Positions 28,841-38,508 of a DNA stretch of 64,000 bases are shown here, piece after piece. This DNA is from Candidatus Dadabacteria bacterium (GTDB taxonomy: Bacteria > Desulfobacterota_D > UBA1144 > Nemesobacterales > UBA2774): assembly GCA_020849425.1 (NCBI GenBank), contig JADLGH010000007.1:2732-66731 (forward strand). Direction: 5' to 3'. Positions within the stretch are counted from its first letter, which is position 1. Every line of letters starts with the position of its first letter. Both the position numbers and the translations under genes were made by a program. Below the pieces are notes generated by a model. The model did not search any database. It was given only the letters and a program-made list of their open reading frames with translations, and was not told the origin of the DNA.

Positions 28841-30793
28841 ATGGAAACACAGCGAGTCCCTTTCAAAGGCGTAGAGGAAAACGAGGCGATACGCTCCATT
28901 CTCGAGGGCACCTCATCCGAAGTCGGGGAGGCGTTCTTCGATTCGCTCGTCGAAAACCTGTCCAAGGTCCTTCACACGTACGGCGCATGGGTCACCGAAT
29001 ACCTCGAAGACACGAAGCGCCTCCGGTCGATAGCGTTCTTCCTCGGCGGAAACCGGATCGAGAGCTTCGAATATCCGGTCACGGGCACGGTCTGCGAGGT
29101 CGTGGTCGAGGAAAGAAGACTCGTACACATACGGGACAGGCTTTTCGAAAGGTTTCACGGAAACCCCGAGCTCGGAAAGGCCCTCCCAAATTTCCGGGCC
29201 GTAAGCTACCTGGGGATACCCTTTGAGGACACTGACGGGACAATACTCGGACACCTCTCCGTCATAGACCAGCTTCCCATACCCGAGGACCCGCAGGTCT
29301 TTAACGTCTTCCGCATATTCGCCAACCGCGCCAGCGCCGAGATGAGGCGCGTGCGTGCGGAGAAGGAGATACTCCAAAGGGAAGAGAAGCTCCGAAGGCT
29401 GTTCGACAGCGCGATGGACGCGATAATCGAGTTCGACAGCGATTTCAAGGTGACGAGTCTCAACCCCGCGGCGTCGAAGCTGTTCGGATACGGAAGCGGC
29501 AGAATGCAGGGAAGGCTCTTTAACCTCCTTCTTACGAAACAAAGCAGCGCGAAGCTTTTGCGCATATCGGAGTTTCTCGACGCGAAGCCCGAGGGGGAAA
29601 AATTCATCTGGATACCCGAAGGCATAAGGGCCGTAAGCGAAGCGGGGGCCGAGTTCCCGGCCGAGGCCACGCTTTCGAGCTACGTCATGGGAAGCGACAG
29701 GTTCTACACGCTCATACTCCGTAACGTGAACGAGAGGCTCGAAGCCGAGCAGAAAATCCGGTCGCTTGCCAGCATGTCCGAATATCTCAAAGAGGAAATA
29801 AAATCGCTCACCGAAGAAAACGGTATAATCGGCGACAGCGTCCCCCTCAAAAACGTCCTCGAAGACGTTAAGAAAGTAGCCGCCACCGATGCGACGGTCC
29901 TCATACTTGGCGAAACGGGAACGGGCAAGGAGCTCATAGCCAGGTCCATTCACTCTTCGAGCCGGAGGTCTGAAAAACCCTTCGTGAAGGTCAACTGCCC
30001 GGCCATACCTTCTAACCTCATAGAGAGCGAGCTCTTCGGACACGAGAAGGGCGCGTTCACCGGCGCCACCGGAAAGAGAGAGGGCCGCTTCTCCATAGCC
30101 GACGGGGGGACGATCTTCCTCGACGAGATAGGCGAGCTCCCGCTCGACCTTCAGTCGAAGCTCTTGCGGGTGCTCCAGGAGGGGGAGTTCGAGCCCGTGG
30201 GGAGCTCCAGGACCGTCAGGGTAAACGTCCGCGTCATCTCGGCGACCAACAGGGACCTTTTAAAAGAGGTAAGGGAAGGAAGGTTCAGGGAAGACCTCTA
30301 CTACAGGCTGAACGTCTTTCAGATAGAGCTCCCTCCCCTCCGGGAACGCTCCGAAGATATAGAAAGGCTCGCCCGCGCGTTCGCCGATAAATTCTCCGCC
30401 CGGAACGGGATAACGCTCGCCCCCCTCTCGGCCGACGACATCGCCCGGCTCAGGGCATACCACTGGCCGGGGAATATAAGGGAGCTCCAGAACGTTATAG
30501 AGCGCGCTGTCATCACGTCCGCCGGCGGTAAGGCCGATCTCGAAAGAGCCCTCCCCGTACCGAGGGATAGGCCCCCGAGTGCGGGGGGCGACTCCGCGGC
30601 AACCATAAGCGACGACGCCGTCCTCTCCGACAGTGATTTAAGAGAATTCGAGAAGAACAACATACTCCGCGCCCTCAAAAAAGCCGGCTGGAAGGTGTCC
30701 GGCAAAGCCGGCGCGGCCGCAATGCTCGGCATCCCGTCTTCCACCCTCAACTCGAAGATAAAAGCCTTCGGTATAGAAATACCCTCAAAATAA
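28841..30793 (+). CDS. sigma54 enhancer-binding protein (GAF-PAS-AAA+-HTH, FhlA-like)
   Basis: [33 protein letters not shown]. Confidence 0.95.
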   Translation: METQRVPFKGVEENEAIRSILEGTSSEVGEAFFDSLVENLSKVLHTYGAWVTEYLEDTKRLRSIAFFLGGNRIESFEYPVTGTVCEVVVEERRLVHIRDRLFERFHGNPELGKALPNFRAVSYLGIPFEDTDGTILGHLSVIDQLPIPEDPQVFNVFRIFANRASAEMRRVRAEKEILQREEKLRRLFDSAMDAIIEFDSDFKVTSLNPAASKLFGYGSGRMQGRLFNLLLTKQSSAKLLRISEFLDAKPEGEKFIWIPEGIRAVSEAGAEFPAEATLSSYVMGSDRFYTLILRNVNERLEAEQKIRSLASMSEYLKEEIKSLTEENGIIGDSVPLKNVLEDVKKVAATDATVLILGETGTGKELIARSIHSSSRRSEKPFVKVNCPAIPSNLIESELFGHEKGAFTGATGKREGRFSIADGGTIFLDEIGELPLDLQSKLLRVLQEGEFEPVGSSRTVRVNVRVISATNRDLLKEVREGRFREDLYYRLNVFQIELPPLRERSEDIERLARAFADKFSARNGITLAPLSADDIARLRAYHWPGNIRELQNVIERAVITSAGGKADLERALPVPRDRPPSAGGDSAATISDDAVLSDSDLREFEKNNILRALKKAGWKVSGKAGAAAMLGIPSSTLNSKIKAFGIEIPSK

Positions 30794-30812
30794 CGGGCTT
30801 CTCCCGGCTCTA

Positions 30813-30949
30813 TCGAAATCCCGCCTCCCGGAATAGCGGGAAATCGAGAATAGCGAAATCCCGACATACGAGAATTTCTCTCGTTGACTCCCTAAGGCTC
30901 CGTCATACCTGCATTTTTTCGATCTCGCCTCGCCTGGCACGCCCTTTGC
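30813..30949 (+). promoter_or_regulatory. sigma54 promoter with repeated upstream enhancer sites
   Basis: TGGCAC-N5-TTGC at 30935-30949; CGAAATCCCG at 30814 and 30854, plus variants. Confidence 0.8.
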
Positions 30950-30988
30950 GCTTAAGCCCGGGCAAATAAACAAAAGGAGGTGATTGAA

Positions 30989-31255
30989 GTGAAGACATTG
31001 ATCGCAGTCATGACGCTTGGGTTCACGCTCGGTTTCGCGTCTCTTTCATCGGCTACGGATTACATGGGGCTCTACACGGGCGCCCCGGCCGTGAAGGATG
31101 TAAAGACGGAAACGAGGGGCGGCGAAGTCGAGTCGACTCCGATGAGCTTTTACCTGGCCCCCGCCAAGGCTCACATCCGGAACGACTCTTCGAAAACTGC
31201 CGTAAGGACCGAAAGCGATGAGAACACCCTTCTCGTATTCAGCGTCAGGATATAA
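30989..31255 (+). CDS. Small secreted hypothetical protein
   Basis: RBS AAGGAGG, GTG start, Sec signal peptide, first gene after the sigma54 promoter. Confidence 0.75.
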   Translation: MKTLIAVMTLGFTLGFASLSSATDYMGLYTGAPAVKDVKTETRGGEVESTPMSFYLAPAKAHIRNDSSKTAVRTESDENTLLVFSVRI

Positions 31256-31264
31256 GCCGGCGCT

Positions 31265-31298
31265 AAAAAAAGCGGGGGCCGGAAGGCCCTCGCTTTTT
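31265..31298 (+). terminator. Intrinsic terminator or attenuating hairpin
   Basis: AAAAAGCGGGGGCC-GGAA-GGCCCTCGCTTTTT. Confidence 0.75.
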
Positions 31299-31334
31299 CG
31301 CATTGAACGAAAACAAAATCATAAGGAGAGAACG

Positions 31335-32153
31335 ATGAGCACGATACAAAATATAGAAGCCGTTAAATCGAGGATGAAGGACGTATGGAATTCCGGGGAC
31401 TACGGCAGATTCGCGACTTACATGGAGCCGGGCGCCCTCGAAATCTTAGAGGGATGGAATATAGCGCCGGGTGAGAGGCTTTTGGACGTCGCCTGCGGGG
31501 CCGGGCAGATATCGATACCGGCCTCCCGCGCCGGGGTCAGCGTCACGGGCGTCGACATAGCCCCCAACTGGATCGCCACGGCGAGGGCGCGGGCTGCGAG
31601 CGAAGGGCTCGACGCCGGGTTCGACGAAGGCGACGCGGAGGCCCTTCCATATAAGGAGGGCGCTTTCGACGTCGTAACGACGCTCGTCGGGGCCATGTTC
31701 GCGCCCCGTCCCGAAATGGTGGCCTCCGAGCTCGTGAGGGTGGCGAGACCGGGCGGCAGGATACTCATGGTCAACTGGACGCCCGAGGGATTCGTAGGCC
31801 GGATGTTCAAGACGATAGGCAGGCATCTCCCGCCCCCCTCGGACGTGCCCTCTCCCCTCCTCTGGGGAAACGAAGAGGTCGTCAAAACCCGCTTCGGCAA
31901 CACCGTAAGCCACATAATCCTGACGAAGAAGATATATCTCCTCTGGAATTATCCCTTCGGCGTGCCCGAGGTCGTCCAGTTCTTCTTCGAGAATTACGGG
32001 CCTACTTACAGGGCGGCCCAGGCGCTCGACGGCGAGAAAAGGGCGGCGCTCCGAAAGGACCTCGAACAGGTGTTCTCCGAGTACAACATAGCCAGAGACG
32101 GCACCACGACGCTCTACAGCGAATATCTCGAAGTCGATGCGGTTAAAAAATGA
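31335..32153 (+). CDS. Class I SAM-dependent methyltransferase (UbiE-like)
   Basis: [39 protein letters not shown]. Confidence 0.92.
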   Translation: MSTIQNIEAVKSRMKDVWNSGDYGRFATYMEPGALEILEGWNIAPGERLLDVACGAGQISIPASRAGVSVTGVDIAPNWIATARARAASEGLDAGFDEGDAEALPYKEGAFDVVTTLVGAMFAPRPEMVASELVRVARPGGRILMVNWTPEGFVGRMFKTIGRHLPPPSDVPSPLLWGNEEVVKTRFGNTVSHIILTKKIYLLWNYPFGVPEVVQFFFENYGPTYRAAQALDGEKRAALRKDLEQVFSEYNIARDGTTTLYSEYLEVDAVKK

Positions 32154-32169
32154 CGGAGAAAAATCCGGG

Positions 32170-32203
32170 AAGGGGGCGCGGTCTTCGCAGCGCCCCCCTT
32201 TTT
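32170..32203. terminator. Intrinsic terminator between convergent genes
   Basis: GGGGGCGC...GCGCCCCC followed by T5. Confidence 0.7.
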
Positions 32204-32220
32204 GATTGACGACAATCGCG

Positions 32221-33687
32221 TTAAGATTTAATACGTGTGGGAAGGTTCTTTAGATTGCCCAAAGCAAAACGGCTGTTGCTGCCCTCTCCACATTCTGAAC
32301 AAGATGGGCCTTTACGTGGTTCATCAAATGACATTTGACGGTATCTTGGAATGAAACGCATATAGCTCCGCTCCGCGTTCTGTTCTGTAAGACCTGTCAT
32401 ATATAACATAAAATCATTGGCTGCTTGTGAAGCAGATATTGCGTTGAGAGTTATTACGCTTGGTGCGTGTACTTCAATATCATTAACGTATCTTTGGGCA
32501 GCAAGCTCTTTTTTCCCTTGCCCTTCTTCCTGAAGCTTGGAGGGATCAATAACCTGATTGCACAAAAGACATCCTGCATCAGGAGTAACTGGTCTCACTA
32601 TACTGAAAATGTCTCCTACTTCACCTGTTTCCCCATCAACCGGCACCTTCGCACCAACCTGGACGCCCGGTATCAGGTATTGATGCACAATCGCATTAAA
32701 TAACAATCTTGCACGCATAGTGTCAGCAGCGAGAAATATATAGTCACAATCAAGAAGTCGATTAGCATTTTCTAAATCCAAAACATTGCCATAAACAGCC
32801 TCTATGAGAGCATTCTTGTTTGCTCTACTTATAATTCTCTTTGCGATAGATACCTTTTTCCTAGCCAGTCTTTTTGCCATATTCCGAATCCAAGACGGCA
32901 TACGTTGATCAGCTAACCAGGTAAGGGCATCAAATCTTGTTGCACCGACAACACGAGGAAGGTTAGAAATTTCTATACGGTCATCATCTATCAGTACGAA
33001 GCGACCAACGCCTAGGTGTCCCAAGTACTCAGCCAGGAGAGAGCCTGCACCACCAAGCCCGATAATTCCAATTTTTGTCTTACGCAATATTTGTTGTCCG
33101 ACATTCCCAAAAAGAAGTGCCTGACGGTCATAGGTCTCATCCCGCAAAAGGCTAGTTCCGACCGGAGCATCTCTTAGCAATCGCCTCCGATGTCCGATAA
33201 TGGTCGCGGACGAGAGTTTTATCCGACTATGATCAGAGAGCCAGATATCTCCTGCTACTGCATTTGTTGCAAACACTAAAGCCCCAACGGGCATTCCACT
33301 GGCTATATCCAACAACGCTGGATATACGCGTTCATGGCTCTGCATGTCTTCATGCGAAAAGGCAACTGAGTCAAAACCGCTATGATTATGTACTGCAAGA
33401 TATACAAGCCTTTTATCCCTGCATTCAAGTATATGATTCTGGATAAAATTAGCCTTGAGCATACGATAACCACGAACGCCCGGAACGTAATCTTGCCCGT
33501 CAATCGCGATATGTAGACTACGCGCCAGCAGTCTTACACGGCCGTCCGTAGTTGAGGCTACACCGGCCTTTATAATAGCACCGTGTTCATCACAATCACC
33601 CGGAAATAAATGAGCGTTCAGCTTCTCGTACATATCCCCCGACAATACCAATTCACAATGCCTTCCCTTTATCTGGAGTTTATCCAT
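32221..33687 (-). CDS. Fused JAB peptidase - ThiF/E1 ubiquitin-activating enzyme (BubCD-like)
   Basis: N-terminal E...HNH-x8-SHED JAB motif; YDRQ, GLGGAGS, DDDRIEISNLPR; two CxxC (CLLC, CSEC). Confidence 0.88.
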   Translation of the reverse strand: MDKLQIKGRHCELVLSGDMYEKLNAHLFPGDCDEHGAIIKAGVASTTDGRVRLLARSLHIAIDGQDYVPGVRGYRMLKANFIQNHILECRDKRLVYLAVHNHSGFDSVAFSHEDMQSHERVYPALLDIASGMPVGALVFATNAVAGDIWLSDHSRIKLSSATIIGHRRRLLRDAPVGTSLLRDETYDRQALLFGNVGQQILRKTKIGIIGLGGAGSLLAEYLGHLGVGRFVLIDDDRIEISNLPRVVGATRFDALTWLADQRMPSWIRNMAKRLARKKVSIAKRIISRANKNALIEAVYGNVLDLENANRLLDCDYIFLAADTMRARLLFNAIVHQYLIPGVQVGAKVPVDGETGEVGDIFSIVRPVTPDAGCLLCNQVIDPSKLQEEGQGKKELAAQRYVNDIEVHAPSVITLNAISASQAANDFMLYMTGLTEQNAERSYMRFIPRYRQMSFDEPRKGPSCSECGEGSNSRFALGNLKNLPTRIKS

Positions 33688-34094
33688 TCTATCACCTTGA
33701 GAAGTTTAATTTGAGGTGTTTCGAGATTCGACGAGTTATCTCTTCTATTTGATTTTCTTGAAATTTGAACGGCTGTGCGGCGTTCTCTTTGAGGAATATG
33801 TTTAGCATTTGCAGGTGGATATACATGCCCTTTTGAAAAGGCTTCTCCCAGTTCCTTTGAATCCTTACGAGAAAGATCGTCCCTTACAAAATGGGGATAA
33901 ACATCCGCATAGGGACAGGTATGCGTTATATGAAAACCAATCCATGTTTCACTCTGATTGTAAGTCGATGACAAAGTTATACTTTCGATAATAACAAACG
34001 CCCCGCCTTGCGCATCGGAGAAATAACGCAGGTTATTCTCTCCGTAATGTTCTTTTAACTCTTTAATTGCAGATTCGACGTCAGGGGTTAGCAT
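33669..34094 (-). CDS. Prokaryotic E2-like protein (BubB-like)
   Basis: PYADVYPHFV...QISRKS; lies between Ubl and E1 and overlaps the E1 start. Confidence 0.7.
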   Translation of the reverse strand: MLTPDVESAIKELKEHYGENNLRYFSDAQGGAFVIIESITLSSTYNQSETWIGFHITHTCPYADVYPHFVRDDLSRKDSKELGEAFSKGHVYPPANAKHIPQRERRTAVQISRKSNRRDNSSNLETPQIKLLKVIEWINSR

Positions 34095-34106
34095 GACACA
34101 TCCTCT

Positions 34107-34793
34107 TTATGAATTATCATCATTTGCAATGGCAATAAATTTTTGACCGCGCTGAACCTTAACCATCTCACTATCGGCGACGATCTTAGTCCTCCCGGGA
34201 CCCAGCTCCACAGACAGAATAAAATCCAGTTGTATATTTACACCTTGGTCTATGGCAGCCTGTTTAATATCCAACCCTGTATGTTCATAACCGATCACAA
34301 TAATAGGCTTCTCATTTATAAAGATTTTCACTCTTGAGTCTTGCCTCTGTATTACAAAAAATCTTTCCAAAGAATTCGGGGAAAGATCTACCGTTTCTGC
34401 ATTATTTATAAGGCGGTCCTCATCCTGCCCACGCGCTTCAAGCCAAACCTCATATTCTTCCGGGTCAACTCTTGCAAGTTTCTTAAGCTGCAGGCCAGAT
34501 ATAAGATTGGCTCCCCATGGAAACGAACGCCCGTCTAAGACAAAACGAAAGATGCGATCTGTCTTAAACGTCAGAAATTCCATAATACCGGCCTTACAAA
34601 TATCGATGATTTCATCAAGCCCGATTACTTCTAATAGTCCGTTGTCCAAGAACGTAAGAACTACATGCTCTTCAACCGGACGCTTTCCAGCCTTATCTAG
34701 AAGTTGTCTTCCCAGTGGTTTGGGATCCTCGATTAAAAACCTTTCTCCATCAATTAACACCACATACTCTTTTTCGCCTAGACTTAGATTCAT
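34107..34793 (-). CDS. Multi-ubiquitin-domain protein (three beta-grasp repeats; BubA-like)
   Basis: Three repeats of (I/L)(D/N)...(L/S/T)GxQ/D(L/I)..A...(D/K)....F; C-terminus DDNS. Confidence 0.85.
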   Translation of the reverse strand: MNLSLGEKEYVVLIDGERFLIEDPKPLGRQLLDKAGKRPVEEHVVLTFLDNGLLEVIGLDEIIDICKAGIMEFLTFKTDRIFRFVLDGRSFPWGANLISGLQLKKLARVDPEEYEVWLEARGQDEDRLINNAETVDLSPNSLERFFVIQRQDSRVKIFINEKPIIVIGYEHTGLDIKQAAIDQGVNIQLDFILSVELGPGRTKIVADSEMVKVQRGQKFIAIANDDNS

Positions 34794-34849
34794 TTTTACC
34801 TCCGAACCTTTAGATTTTTTTATTCGGCTATCAGCGAGCCCGTAACTAC

Positions 34850-34975
34850 ACCTTAAACTTCGCCAAATCAGATGTCAAGTGTTGCACGCCTAAAATAATG
34901 TATAGCATAACAATACATCATCTTTAAAATTTTGGGCGTTTTAGGTTGACAGAAGAATTTATCCTGTATTATTAT
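34850..34975. promoter_or_regulatory. Divergent promoters with inverted-repeat operator
   Basis: TTGACA on both strands (34873-34878 minus, 34946-34951 plus); ACGCCTAAAAT / ATTTTGGGCGT inverted repeat. Confidence 0.55.
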
Positions 34976-34981
34976 AGAGTT

Positions 34982-35341
34982 ATGAATGAAAGCTCAATTT
35001 ACGAGAAAATAGGCGCACTTATTAAGAAAAATCGCGTTAATCGTAATATGACTCAAAGCGATTTAGCAAAGAGAGTTGGGCTTTCAAGAGGTTCCATAGC
35101 AAATATAGAAAATGGTTCTCAGCGTATCCTCGTACATCAACTCTATATCTTCTCAAAGTATCTAGAAATTAAAACTGAAGATTTATTGCCAGAACATTTA
35201 GAAGAAAATATTGAGAACATAAAGAAAATTCAGATAGAAGTGCGAGGATCGCAAGATAATACTGTGCACAAGCAAACAAATGACAAATTGTTATCTTGGA
35301 TAAGCGAAATGATGGGAAAGGCCACACATGACCGAACCTAA
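34982..35341 (+). CDS. XRE family HTH repressor (CapH-like)
   Basis: MTQSDLAKRVGLSRGSIANIENG. Confidence 0.9.
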   Translation: MNESSIYEKIGALIKKNRVNRNMTQSDLAKRVGLSRGSIANIENGSQRILVHQLYIFSKYLEIKTEDLLPEHLEENIENIKKIQIEVRGSQDNTVHKQTNDKLLSWISEMMGKATHDRT

Positions 35342-35879
35342 ATCATACGCAGTCAGCATACTTCAAAAATTTAAAATTAATTTTGTCCCTGTTCCCGTTG
35401 AAGATATAGCAAAAGGGCTTGGTGCTAAAGTTGTATTCTCAGCTCTTGAAGATAGTCATTGTGGAATGATTCATATGCAAGGTAACATCATCGTGATAGG
35501 AGTCAATTCAATACATCCCAAAAATCGACAAAGGTTTACTATTGCACATGAAATTGGCCACCTCGTTATGCATAAGGACGAAATTAGTGAAAGTATTCAT
35601 ATAGATCAAGCCTTTGGTGAAAGATTAAACCGAGATGGAAGATCCTCTTTAGGAGAAGATTTAAAAGAAGTACAGGCTAACAGATTTGCGGCTGAGCTTT
35701 TGATGCCAACCAGTATCTTAAAAAGGGAAACTAAGAATCAGCGTATTGATATTGAAGATAGTGAATTTATTGAAAAGCTGGCTCAAAAATTTCAGGTAAG
35801 TTTTCAGTCCATGTCTATTAAATTACTCGATACTTTTTATAAAAACTATTCATTATCAACTTCTAAGTTGCATCCTTAA
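35328..35879 (+). CDS. ImmA/IrrE family metallopeptidase (CapP-like)
   Basis: RQRFTIAHEIGH, EVQANRFAAELLMP; overlaps the HTH gene. Confidence 0.92.
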   Translation: MTEPKSYAVSILQKFKINFVPVPVEDIAKGLGAKVVFSALEDSHCGMIHMQGNIIVIGVNSIHPKNRQRFTIAHEIGHLVMHKDEISESIHIDQAFGERLNRDGRSSLGEDLKEVQANRFAAELLMPTSILKRETKNQRIDIEDSEFIEKLAQKFQVSFQSMSIKLLDTFYKNYSLSTSKLHP

Positions 35880-35967
35880 TTCGGATGTTAACATTATTAT
35901 CATTCTTTCCCCCAACAACCATTATATTATGTTTCTCCTCTATTCTTATACTTCGCTGATATGGCCC

Positions 35968-36975
35968 TCACCTCTCCGTTCTGATATGCCGGCGTACGGC
36001 ATAGTACTTTCTTATAAGCCGCTTGACGATACCCATCGTCAGCCCGGACGGGTTCACTACGGCCGACTTGTATATTCCGGTCTCCAGCTCACTCAGCTTG
36101 TAGCGCCTGAGTCCTCGTGAAGACGGCTCTCCGGCCGCCGATATTCCCTTCAGCGTCTCGGCGAATACCCCTTCGTCGGACGCCATATCGCCCTTGTCAG
36201 AGATCATGATGTTGTCCTTGCCTGTCTTTAAATATTTTCTCGCCCCGCCGATCGGAGCCAGCAGGTGCCATACGATCGCCTCGGTCGTGATCATCATCGT
36301 GTAACCCCGGGCGTAGAGCCTTGCGCAAAGGTCGCTCTCTTCCCTGAACGCCACATCCGAATATCCGGGGACCGCCCATCCCCCCGCGTCTTCTATGGCG
36401 CTTCGTCTGTAGAGTATCGCCCCGCCGCCCAGCGATTCGGCCTCTAGTATTTCTGGAAGGTTGTACTAGAAATGACCCTGGAGTCTCCAGTCGGGCCTGT
36501 CGAATCTGGGGATCCATTCGGGATCGCCGAGGGCGACGTCCAGGTCGAGCGGGCCGCTGCCGGGCTCGGGGTGGAGCCCCCCGACGGCTGCGAGCGGCTC
36601 GGACGGAAAGAACCTGAACGGCTTCAGCATGTTCTCGAGGAACGAGGGCTCCGGGAACATGTCGTCGTCTATCCGGAGTACGAGCTCTATGCCTTCGGGG
36701 ACGGCCTCCATTGCGCCCTGGTGCCTTTCCGCTCCCTTGTCCGTGCGTATCATCCGGACGTCGTGTCCCGTCCTTTGCGCGAGGGCGAGCAAGTCCCTCA
36801 CGGCGTGATCCCTGCCTACGGGCGCATCGCTCTGGTCGTTTATCACCAGCATCCAGTTCGTATACGTCTGGCCCAATATGCAGGATATAACGATAGAGAG
36901 GTACGAGGGCCTGTTCCTCGTCGGGACGGCTACGGCTATCTTTTCATCGCTGCGAAGCGGCTTCAGGTCTATCAC
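35968..36975 (-). pseudogene. GT2 glycosyltransferase interrupted by an in-frame TAG at 36466-36468
   Basis: VPTRNR, RIDDD; same frame continues LQGHF*YNLPEILEAESLGGGAILYRRSAIEDAGGW...REESD. Confidence 0.8.
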
Positions 36976-37340
36976 GCTCTCTCACCTTACAAATTGGAAA
37001 TGACGTTCACGAATCTCATCTCCTGGTACAGCCGGCTGCAGCGCCATACGCGCAGCCATGCCCAATATTCTTATCATATTAGCCCGAACGTCGCCAGGCA
37101 TCCTCGTGAGAAGATTTCCGACGATACCGCGCGCTTGAGCTTCCACGAATGCCTCGCTACCCTTTCCTCCGGCCTTATTACCGAATACTGCAGCCCTGTT
37201 TATGGATGTTGTACGGTGTATTACAGTATAATTTCGATGATAACCCTTCTCCCATTCCTTAGGCGCTTTAAACGGCGACCGACCCGAATCCTGAGCTGTA
37301 CTATAAACGAGTTGAAAATTAAACCGAAGGAGTAAAGATC

Positions 37341-38312
37341 ATGGGCAGATTCCCGAAAGAAAGAATGGAAAAGGCTTTGGAGCAGCTAAAGACTATTTCC
37401 GAATCGGATTACGAAAAAATAAAGGGAATGGTCAACGTGGTCAGGCCCTTTAGAAGCGTTCTTCACAAAACACCGGACGATCACGGCATGACAGGCTGGG
37501 AAGATATTTACTTTCCAGCGGACGACGGCGTCGCACTCGAAGGATGGTATATTCCGGCGAAAGGCGGCGAGAGTGATAAACTCGTCATTTTTAACCATGC
37601 GCTTCCCATGTGCCGCGCCGGTTTTCAGGGGCACTTCGGCGAGCCCTGGAGCAATTACGACGCGGTAGAGATCGATTTCGTGATCCAGATGAAGCATCTG
37701 GCCGACGCCGGGTACAACGTGCTGGCCTACGACATCAGGAATCACGGCAGAAGCGGGGCTTCGAACAACGGCGTGAGCGGCATCGGCAGGATAGAATGGC
37801 GCGACTGCGTGGGCGTAAAGAAATATGTAGACAGCCATCCGAGGCTTGGCAAAATGAAGGTGGGCTTATACAGCCAGTGCATGGGCGGGAATTCACAGTA
37901 CGAAGCTATCTATCGGCGCCCGGATTTATTCGAGAACGTCCGCTGCATGTGCAGCCCGATGGTGGTTTCCATGAGGGCCATTTACAGGGCTTTCTCCGAG
38001 CTTCAGGGCGTTGAGCAGTATCTGGATCTGCTGGATTTCGAGCTCCTGAAAGCGGGCGGGTTCCTCATGGACGAGATGACGCCGCACTTATTCGCCCCGG
38101 GAGTAAAAATGCCTGTACTCATGATCCAGGTGAAAGACGATGCCTGGACAAAAAACCCGGAAGACGGACAAAAAACGTTCGACCTTTTGGGAAGCAGGGA
38201 CAAAGAGCTCTTCTGGATCGAAGGAACGACGAGAAGGTTCAAGGACGGATATAACTATTTCGGAAGATATCCGGAAATGGTAATCGGTTTTTTCGACAAG
38301 TATATGAAATAG
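37341..38312 (+). CDS. Alpha/beta hydrolase family protein
   Basis: DGVALEGWYIP, YDIRNHGRS, SQCMGG nucleophile elbow (Cys). Confidence 0.85.
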   Translation: MGRFPKERMEKALEQLKTISESDYEKIKGMVNVVRPFRSVLHKTPDDHGMTGWEDIYFPADDGVALEGWYIPAKGGESDKLVIFNHALPMCRAGFQGHFGEPWSNYDAVEIDFVIQMKHLADAGYNVLAYDIRNHGRSGASNNGVSGIGRIEWRDCVGVKKYVDSHPRLGKMKVGLYSQCMGGNSQYEAIYRRPDLFENVRCMCSPMVVSMRAIYRAFSELQGVEQYLDLLDFELLKAGGFLMDEMTPHLFAPGVKMPVLMIQVKDDAWTKNPEDGQKTFDLLGSRDKELFWIEGTTRRFKDGYNYFGRYPEMVIGFFDKYMK

Positions 38313-38508
38313 GGATCGATTGCCATTGTAAAGCACGGACCGAGATAAAAGCTGAAGGCTGACTCCGTCTTCTTTTTATTTAGCCACCTATTGAAATTCC
38401 TTGACGCCGCTCTTGCAAAGAAGAATGGTGTGTCGCACCGCCTCGCAGGTTTTTTCATTGCCGGTCTACACTTCATAAATAATTAAAGGTTATAATTAGC
38501 CCGTTATT

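Noticed and set aside
32205..35960. att sites, target-site duplication or integrase for the ubiquitin island
   Set aside because: No flanking direct repeat or mobility gene seen; foreign origin is inferred only from composition
36980..37200. Possible degraded methyltransferase remnant on the minus strand (RIL..GCAYG across a frameshift)
   Set aside because: Only one short motif; too weak to call without a search
36472..37335. 287-aa plus-strand ORF
   Set aside because: Mostly antisense to the GT2 gene, with no recognisable motifs
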